Positions 55,501 to 64,000 of a stretch of DNA of 64,000 nucleotides are shown here, one piece after another; the first letter of the stretch is position 1; every line of letters starts with the position of its first letter. Location: contig JAHLTZ010000016.1 of the NCBI GenBank assembly GCA_025786725.1, positions 186,001 to 250,000 on the forward strand, read 5' to 3'. The notes under the pieces were generated by a model. It was not told where the DNA came from, made no database searches, and was given only the letters and a program-made list of their open reading frames with translations. Origin of the DNA: Syncephalis fuscata S228. Taxonomy: Eukaryota > Fungi > Zoopagomycota. A program made the translations under genes and the position numbers.

Positions 55501-55962
55501 AATAATAATAAATGAATAGATTATGGACGACCAGACTATCAATGGTTCAATATTGGATAATGATGATTTTGAAGTTGAAGATTGGCTATTTAAACAGCCT
55601 AATCAACAACATAAAGCATTTAATAAACGAACAATGGAACGATCAAGTACTTTGAGTAATGAAAATTGCACCACATCATTAGTAAGTTAATGGTTTATTA
55701 ATAAATACTAATACTAATACTATTCAATAGATTGGACGACCCAATCGACCCTTCTTTCTTGATCGATCGCCTAATAAACGACGTCGATTCCTGGACGTAA
55801 CCGATAATGGAACAATAACAAAACCGACCAGCCAACGTACAAATAAAACACTCGCCACATTTAAAATCACCGCTAATAATACAAAGGTAAAGTGTTATTG
55901 GTTGTACTTATTAATATTAATACGTCATATTATAATAGACATCACAGCGTTCATTTGTTTAA
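52507..55962 (+). CDS. MRC1: Mediator of replication checkpoint Mrc1/Claspin (multi-exon; -1 break near 52610)
   Basis: LEMHKETQRLLR, YFDAEAEEEEDEWAG, VAALHR..DQDAAEVSNLIRDLKEG; acidic tracts. Confidence 0.8.
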
Positions 55963-56307
55963 TTATATTATAAATATTTAATAAATGTGCAGTAATAAAA
56001 AATAATGGTTTCACTAATTGAAAACCATAATTTTTGATTTATTCCTTATTGTCCTGTTGCATTCACCTTACAAACATCCACATATGGTTCTTTGCAACTA
56101 TTCCAGATGAAAATATGATTTATTAGATGTTTTAAATGCATTACATGAATAGATCATTAATAACAACGCTTATGTTGATATTTGGATAAATTAAATCGAT
56201 CTTAAATTCAAAGCGTTCACACTTTTATTACCCGTGTATGCTTTCTACGGAGGTCGATACATTCCCTCCTCCTCCTTCCTTCGTGTTAACTATTAAGCAT
56301 AAACAAT

Positions 56308-57439
56308 ATGCCTCAACCGCCACCTTCAATAGCATCAACGACGGCATCGTCTATAACTTTTGTTGACGCTCATGAAGAGGATGAACAACTTACGGATTTA
56401 AGCCGTCGTGCTTTAACTATTGAACAGTTAATTAGTGCGTTGCATGCACCAGTAGATACAGCGACAGAACTACCCTCAGCTACCATGCTTGCTGCAGAAC
56501 AGCGTGATCTGGCTGCTACAGCACGTACACAACTACGGCAATTTGAACGAGCAATTACTGTAAGTTGTTCAATTTATTTAGTACCATACAGAGAGTTAAT
56601 TAGTGGCTTCATTGCTATTCTTTGATAGGATGCGCGCGAATTAGCCGAAGATGAAGATCGTGAACAGGATCGCATAGCATTGCTGCGACAGATTGACCGA
56701 CATGACGCACATAGAAAACAGTAAGTGAACAGTGATATGTAAAAACTAATAGATAGTAATAAACGGCGATAGATTGCAGACGGCACTACGTAAAGCAACA
56801 CTCGAAGGAAAGCGTAAAGCCGATGCCCATGCCCGATTTGAACGAGAAGCATTACTAGGCAGTAGTGGAGCCAACAATGGTCTATCTAATAATCGACGTG
56901 TTCAAAGGTAATTAATACGAACGTGTATACGACTAGTGAAATAACGTATTTATATGCATATTCATATTAGTACGGAGAAAGCAATGATGCGTGCATCCAG
57001 TGAAGTGACCGAATCATTAAGACGGACAACACAATTAATGCAGGCTGAAGTGGAGAAAAGTAGTTTAAATGCCACTACACTTGGTAGGTTGGTGACTATC
57101 AATTATATTGTAATTAATAAATGATGCTATATAGAGGATTCGTCGAGATTGTTACGGGCAGCCCATGGAGAATATCGCGGTCTTGATACTGTACTGCGTA
57201 CATCTCGTCAAGTGCTTACTCGTCTAGAACGTGGTGACTGGACCGATAGACTATTAATTCTATTTGGTCTATTTGTCTTTTTGCTTGTTGTACTCTATGT
57301 TGTTCGACGTCGTTTCTGGATACCAGGCATGAGCTGGGTATTTAGCAGTTTATGGACTTTATTGACTGGAAGCGATGCTCCAAAAGATGGTCTATTAGAC
57401 AATGCTTTGACCAGTGATTATGGCCATGTAGATTTATAA
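56308..57439 (+). CDS. SEC20: ER SNARE Sec20 (4 exons)
   Basis: VTESLRRTTQLMQAEVEKS..LEDSS, SRQVLTRLERGDWTDRLLILFGLFVFLLVVLYVVRRR. Confidence 0.85.
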
Positions 57440-57743
57440 TTGGAAAGAAGGATCTACTCAACTTTGAGTCTCTAGCTTGAGCTGGGGACAAAAAAAGATC
57501 CATAACTCAATCTTGACAATAAATTGTCAATTGGTTTTGATACTGAGAATTGTTATTTATTGAAGCAGTGCTATATCAATTCCGATTAATTCAAGTGGAG
57601 ATGAGCCAGTCTACACTATTTTCAATATCGAAATAGATATTGAATAGTATTTCATGTTACAATAAAATATAATAAATAAATAAAGGTTAACTCATATTAT
57701 TATTGCTGTAAAGTATTCAAAGCATTATAATTTAATATTTAAC

Positions 57744-58145
57744 GTCATTTACTATTCATCATCATGTTGAGTAGATTGGATATTATTAAAATAGCTATTT
57801 AACCACAAACCATACTAAATGACTAATAGATTCAATTAAACTGTATAATAATGTTAAATGATACGCAATATTTTATATAATAATGTGCTTTATTTAACTC
57901 AATTAACAAGTACTAAAATTAAAAGTTTAAGATGAAATGGCACATAATATGTATATATTAGTGTAATAATACCAATATAATCAAATAGAACAATTAACTA
58001 AATAATTACTGATATCATTTATTTAAATCAAATTATTAATAACATTTATTAAAAAGCAATATAATTGTGATGTGCATAATAATGGCATGACTCCGATTGG
58101 AACGAATTTTGCTTTAAAGGCTCAAATAGAAAATGTAAAGTAGGA
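57744..58145 (+). repeat. Dispersed AT-rich repeat, copy B (with extra internal sequence)
   Basis: Similar to 17708-17925. Confidence 0.75.
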
Positions 58146-58281
58146 TTCAACCAAAAAGTGCATTAAAATATGCTAATTCACCATCATTATTAGATCTTTA
58201 AATGCTATTAATGAATGGGAATAAAATAGAAGAGAGTACAGCCTATGCAGTGGAAGAGGAAATCATATTGTATAGCATTAG

Positions 58282-59132
58282 TTAAATCAATTCACCACTA
58301 CGATGACATTGATATGTGTGTGGACTGTTAGTAGCAGTGTTGCCAGCAGTAGTGCTGCTTGTAGTTGGTGTTGAGGCCGTGGAATCCATTATCAAATTAT
58401 CTTCATCAATAAGCATTTCTTCCTCTAATAAAGGGATTCGGCCCCGTTCTATAAGAACCTTCTGCAGTTGCCCATAAATAACATCTGATGTTTCACCTTC
58501 AAGGTGAACTAGAACACCTTGTCGGTCATAGTGTTCAAGTAGAGGCTCGGTCGTTTCACGGAAGGCTCTCATTCGAGCACGAAAGACCGGCTCTGTATCA
58601 TCGGGACGACGGGTCAGTGGTTCGCCGGTAATATCGTCGATACCAGGCTGTAGTGGTGGATTGTAGCCTAGATTATAGACTCGGCCCGAAGAGGCATGCA
58701 CCCAACGAGATAGAATACGTTCAAGAATAACTTCATCGGGTACATGCAGGCTTACTACCATGTTAAGTGGTGTACCTTGTTGTAAAAGTGTTGCATCAAG
58801 TGAACTGGCCTGTGCACGATTACGTGGAAACCCATCCAGTAACCAATCGTTACCGAGTGTAGTGGATGATGAGTCCATCTTGCCGCCATTAAGATGACTA
58901 AGCTCAGCGAGAATAAGACGGATCATCAGCGTATCCGGTACAAGTTCACCACGAGCCATAATCTCCGCTGCTTGTAGGCCCACCGGTGTACGATCGGCTA
59001 CATGTCGGCGTAGTAAATCGCCACTTGATAGAGCAGACATGCCATAGTCACGTTGTAAACGACCAGACTGTGTTCCTTTGCCAGCACCCTAATTAAAGTA
59101 TATCATACATATATGCATAGATTAATAAGTAA

Positions 59133-59183
<51 letters not shown>

Positions 59184-59468
59184 GCGAGTGAGTCATATCA
59201 TCTATTGTACGGTAAATAAACTTACCGGTGCACCAATCAATAGCATACGCAATTGGTCAGTAGATCCAAATCCGACACTGCTAGGAGACTCGTCTGCGGC
59301 AATGGCTCGTGCCGAGCTTGGTTGGCAGGTATGCATTGCTCGTTGGCGTATAGCTGGTTGACATAGTGACGGTGCTTGATTAGAGTAATGGCGTCGCAAT
59401 CCGGTTTTCGTAGAATGTAGTCGTCGTAAAAGCGACCGAGTAGCAAAAGTAGAGGCAGTTGTATTCAT
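58282..59468 (-). CDS. ADK2: Mitochondrial adenylate kinase, AK3/Adk2-like GTP:AMP phosphotransferase (1 intron)
   Basis: Presequence; GAP|GAGKGTQ, SSGDLLR, WLLDGFPR, RWVHASSGRVYN, LTRRPDD. Confidence 0.88.
59133..59172 (+). repeat. (ATAG)10 microsatellite within the adenylate kinase intron
   Basis: Read directly. Confidence 0.95.
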
Positions 59469-60261
59469 CGAAAGGCTTAAGGTGTTTAATAAAGCTAGGT
59501 AAATACCAATAATAAGTGTGGTTTTGCTATTACGATTCAATAGTACGTTTTGTTATGGTTATCGCTGCTGTTACTACTTGTGTATTCAATACAAGTCTGT
59601 ACGTGTATGTATACAATTTAATTCAAGAAAGTAACGAGATATCAATAATAAGCACTAGAATGAAATGGCAGCAATATCAATAAGGGAAGAGGCCTGTTAG
59701 AAAACAATATAGCAATAAAAGAATAGAAAATAAAAGAATGAATAAAAGGATGAGCAGTGTTGGTGGGATCGAGCAGTGGTTAGATGAAACAATAAGCTAA
59801 ACACGATGAGAATAGAAAGAACGAAAGAAAGAAAGTTTAGACAATGTGAGGGCGTGGTCAATCTCCGTCCAGTTGTACAAGTATAGAGTGAGAGTCAACG
59901 AGGTAGAGAGATAGAGATAGAGTAAAGAAAAGTTAGACTGGTAGAAAAGTCGGTTTAAAAATGAGGTGGCATTTGAAACCATTGATTGGTGGATATAGGC
60001 TTGGCGATAAGATGCAGGAACGACAAAGTGGCATTTTCAATGATTTGCCACAGTTTATAAATATAAATAAATATTGGTTGGGGCAATAAGTGATAATTAT
60101 GATACAATTGCAAAGCTGTTTATTTTATAACATGTATTTGTACTGAATACGTTTACACCATAACATCTACACAATAACATGCAAACAGACAAGACACCAA
60201 ATAATAAAATGTAAATCAGCAATTTAGTTTATTCATCCATGTAGTGCAGCTTTAGAACCCT

Positions 60262-60831
60262 TTATTGGATGGAGCACAGATATGTTGGATATAATGTGCC
60301 ATTAACAAGAGATCCTTGGGTTATAAAGTGATAAATGGTCTTTTCCTATAATGATAGCAATTAGTATGCTATATAAACATAATTTCAAGGTTATAGATTA
60401 CTTACATCAAAGGAAATGCTGGATGAATTGCTATATGGTTCACAGTCCATATAGTGCTTCTTTGCTTTGGTTTTCGAAGAACTGTCTTGTATAGCAAGCG
60501 TACCATCACATACAACATTTGATGTTGTTGAGGGCATATCATCCCACTGAGGGGACGTGGTATTGATGCTTATTTGCGGATATCCTGACGTTTGCGTATC
60601 CTTGACTGCAAACTGTTCCGTGTCGCTTAATGAGAATTGGCGATTTATTGTCTCGATACAGCTGGCAACTCTGTCGTTGGGATCTGCTGTAGGTGGTATT
60701 TGCACAATTGGATGGCCCGATCCAAGACTAGTAGGTGGTTTAGTAGAGTCATCGCCAGGAACCGGGTTACTGGACACGAGTGTGAGCATAAAAGTGCCGA
60801 ATAGCGCAGCAAAGGCAACTGATGAATGCAT
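60262..60831 (-). CDS. Small secreted Cys-containing protein, paralog 1 (169 aa; intron 60346-60405)
   Basis: Signal MHSSVAFAALFGTFMLTLVSS; exon 2 EKTIYHFITQGSLVNGTLYPTYLCSIQ*. Confidence 0.75.
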
Positions 60832-62224
60832 GATGAATGAGAGTGATGGTTGGTAAAGCCGTGGACTGTAGATGATGTGAATGAAAAGATAAGTGATAAA
60901 AGTTGTCATTAGCTTTGCTATGGCACCAATTTATAGCTGTAAATCTGACAGGCATATTCTGTATTCCGCTCTATAATGTCTACTTTTGGTATAGGATATT
61001 TGTGACGCATTGGATAGACCAGCGTAGTAAAGGGGCAAATAAAGCTGAAACCAGGATATACCATTAATGATCAAAGTTTATAATTAGCATGTCGGTACTT
61101 GAATATAGTTTCAGAGCAAGCTTTTGGTTTCAATTATTTCCCATAATAAAATAAACACGGGTAATAACAGAGATGGTGTTCTACTCCGCACTGGCTTTGA
61201 AAGCGTCAAGAAGCACTATATAAAACCAATAGATATAGCAAAATTGCTGCATTTACTTGAATACGTGTAAATGTATAATAAATAACTAATGTTATAATTA
61301 AATAATGTTTTTTATTAATTGTTGAGATATGTATTTGTATTGTTATATTATTGTGAAAATGTAAATGTTGCATAATGCAAGTAAACATTCAAACGATAAG
61401 AATGATAAAAGCAGTTTAACAAAAGCTTAAAGCAGTAATTGCAACTTAGCTATACTGTAAACGGTACGTGCTATATTTGGCAATTATAATTTAATTACCG
61501 TTAGATGTGGCGGAGTTGTAACTGGTGGTTATGAAGCGGCCATCTTTGTTACAACCATACCAGTATTCCGCAAGAGCGTCCGACAACCCAGTCCCGTGCT
61601 GGAATGCAAAAAGATAGCGATAAAGAGCACAGCAATTACAAAAGAAACGGCTATAGAAGTAATTTTGGACAGTAAATTTCTGTTTACGGCTAATAATTCA
61701 AAAAATATCTGAAATAGACAAGATAATGCCACATTCAACAGCAGACTCCAATAGGATGCCCAAACTATTTGCTAATTTTCCCTCAACCAACGAAATAACA
61801 GAAACAGATAATACAGCGCCTATTCTTTAGTAAAAAACCAGCCATAGACCTTCAACTCCATTAATAAATGTGCCAAACCAGTAGAAGGGTCAAAGTAAAC
61901 ATTTATGCAATAGAATGAAAAGGCTGCGCCCAACTAGCAATCAAGGCGCCATTCTGCCTAGTCCACGCAAAAGCGTAGTGGCCAAGTCCGGCTCGATAGG
62001 AAATAATGATTTTTAAACTAGAAGGTATTATCGTTATTTTCCAAAGATAAATATAATAAAGTGTCGACCATTAGTTTATAATAGATAAAAATATGACACA
62101 ATTAAAAAGCTGTTTATTTTTATAACATGTATTTGTAGTAAGTGCTTGTACGCCATGACATTTACATAATGTCATGCAAAAAACATTATAAAATAACAGG
62201 ATGTAAATAGATTATTTATTCTAT

Positions 62225-62821
62225 TTATCTACGCAATTTAGCTTTAGATTCCTTCAGTCTAACAACACAATGATATTGTGGAAGTAGTACTCCATTAACA
62301 ACTGCATCTTTGGTCGTAAAATGGTAGATGACACCGGCCTAAATAGCAATAATTAGTATGGTTAATGAATACAGTCTTGATTCTATAAATTACTTACGCC
62401 AAAGTTTTTTAATATGCTGTAAGGATCGTGACTTTGATAGCATTGAAGATTATAGTCATGTTCTTTAGTTCGTATAAAATTCTTTTGTTTTATAACAATA
62501 GTACTCTCGCAGTTATCTTTTGTTGTTCTTGGAATAATATTACGCCATTGACCGATCTTGGCGTTAATAGTTTCTTGAGGATATCCCGGCACTTCGGTGG
62601 CATGAACTTTGATTGGTATATATTGGTTTGATGGCGCTTTACCGCTCATTGCTTCGATGCAGCCGGCGATTCTGTTGTATGGGCCTAGTGGAGGCTTGGA
62701 TTTTTTGTTCGTAAGTGTTCGTTCGGTCCATTATTGTTGTTGTTGTTGAGAATTGGTTCACTGGACACGAGTGCGAGCATAAAATGCCAAATAGCGCAGC
62801 AACGGCAACTGATGAACGCAT
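62225..62821 (-). CDS. Small secreted Cys-containing protein, paralog 2 (intron 62339-62397; two homopolymer -1 breaks)
   Basis: MRSSVAVAALFG.., NRIAGCIEA versus DRVASCIET in paralog 1, same intron position, exon 2 AGVIYHFTTKDAVVNGVLLPQYHC. Confidence 0.7.
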
Positions 62822-63243
62822 AATGGATAAGGCCGTGGACTAGAGATAACTCGTAATAAAAAGATAAGTAATAAAAGTTGCTATTAGTCTAGTCATATCA
62901 CTATTTTATAGCAATAAATTTGATAGGCATATTCTTTATTTCGTTCTATAATGTCTACTTTCGACGCAAAACACTCGTGACTTATCGGATAAACCAACAT
63001 AGCAATAGACCATGTGAAACTAAAACCAAAATGTACTATTAAATGACTAAAATGGATAACCAGCTCCTCGTTAGTTAAACATAACTTCAAAGTGAAACGA
63101 TTACACTCTTTTTTCTATCAGCCACTCACTACGTTCTATTCTAAAGCGTCACTTCTACTTGCTGGCAATTACTCGTTACACTCTACACTCTACTCCTACC
63201 CTTTACTTTTTGCTTTACTTCGTTTCAACAAGTCAATATCACC

Positions 63244-63464
63244 ATAAAGCTTTTCATTGCTGTCGTTTGCACCCTTCTTGTGACTTTTATGGCTGTACAG
63301 CCATGGTGGATGCTAAGCCAGCTTCTTTAGCCCGTCTTAAAGATTGCGAGTGCGTTAGTTATGATGACCAATGCATTAGCTGCACTTCTTCTTTCGACCT
63401 CCTTCCTGGTCCCTCTCGCATCCAACATGCCCCTGTCACTGATGGCGGTTGGGGCACCCTGTAA
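63244..63464 (+). pseudogene. Small secreted 4-Cys peptide gene with ATA in place of ATG and one -1 break (pseudogene or assembly error)
   Basis: cacc-ATA-KLFIAVVCTLLVTF/YGCTAMVDA then KPASLARLKDCECVSYDDQCISC... Confidence 0.5.
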
Positions 63465-64000
63465 CTGGTACATTTAAGATATTAGCATTAATGATATAAT
63501 TGGACTATTATTTCAATATGCTTTGATACATATTTAGTAAAAAAGCAAGACTATTCGACGGTTGCCGGTCAGCGCATTTATATATCAAGCTCCAACCAAT
63601 GATCCAGTTTATCCATTTTTCTATCAACAACTTTATTAAGCTACTAACAAGTCTACACCTAGATGTGTCTATTTGGCTATGCAAACTTTTAATAATAAAC
63701 ATGTTATTCCATTTAAAATAAAATCTCAAAGTGGAACTAATAACATGCGAGGAGTATATAGGCTGTATCATTATTACTAAACTAGAAGGGGTTCTATATA
63801 CATGTACAGGTTAGCTGTTTCGGTAGTATATAATTATCCATCAATTGTGTATTTTACAAAGTATAATATTTCAATAGATATCAGTCGATTTATTATTATT
63901 ATTATTGCGTATAGCGTGTTTGTTGTCATTATATACAACGATAGCCAATAAGATGGATTATTGGGTTGTTATTAATGCAATTACTCACGTGATTATATAA

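Noticed and set aside
57455-57535. Short hairpins after SEC20 (ttgacaat-aa-attgtcaa) as terminator or ncRNA
   Set aside because: Short AT-rich stems are expected by chance; no family resemblance

Overview
AT-rich, gene-dense eukaryotic (fungal) nuclear DNA with many short (about 45-80 nt) spliceosomal introns. The gene content (secreted kinase-like protein, signal peptide + 'GPWN' multi-TM protein, subtilisins, small secreted Cys proteins) suggests an early-diverging fungus, possibly Zoopagomycota/Syncephalis-like; this is inference. Housekeeping genes: PPR protein, RPC31, PIG-Y-domain protein, JmjC, ETF-beta, SEC5, YTP1, TVP18, RhoGEF, P450, Zap1-like zinc finger, SVIP-like protein, TALE homeodomain, WD40, MRC1, SEC20, mitochondrial adenylate kinase. 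The main hidden feature, almost invisible in the ORF track, is a decayed, intron-containing Fanzor1 (eukaryotic TnpB-like RNA-guided nuclease) at about 42.56-44.6 kb, read by manual translation through stops and frameshifts. Also present: a secreted pseudokinase, several effector-like small secreted proteins including a tandem paralog pair, a dispersed repeat, three GC-AG introns and a CACGTG cluster. Pervasive single-base-deletion frameshifts (about 15, even in SEC5) are most probably long-read consensus errors. All family calls come from recognising motifs by eye; no searches were run, and coordinates of multi-exon genes span introns.
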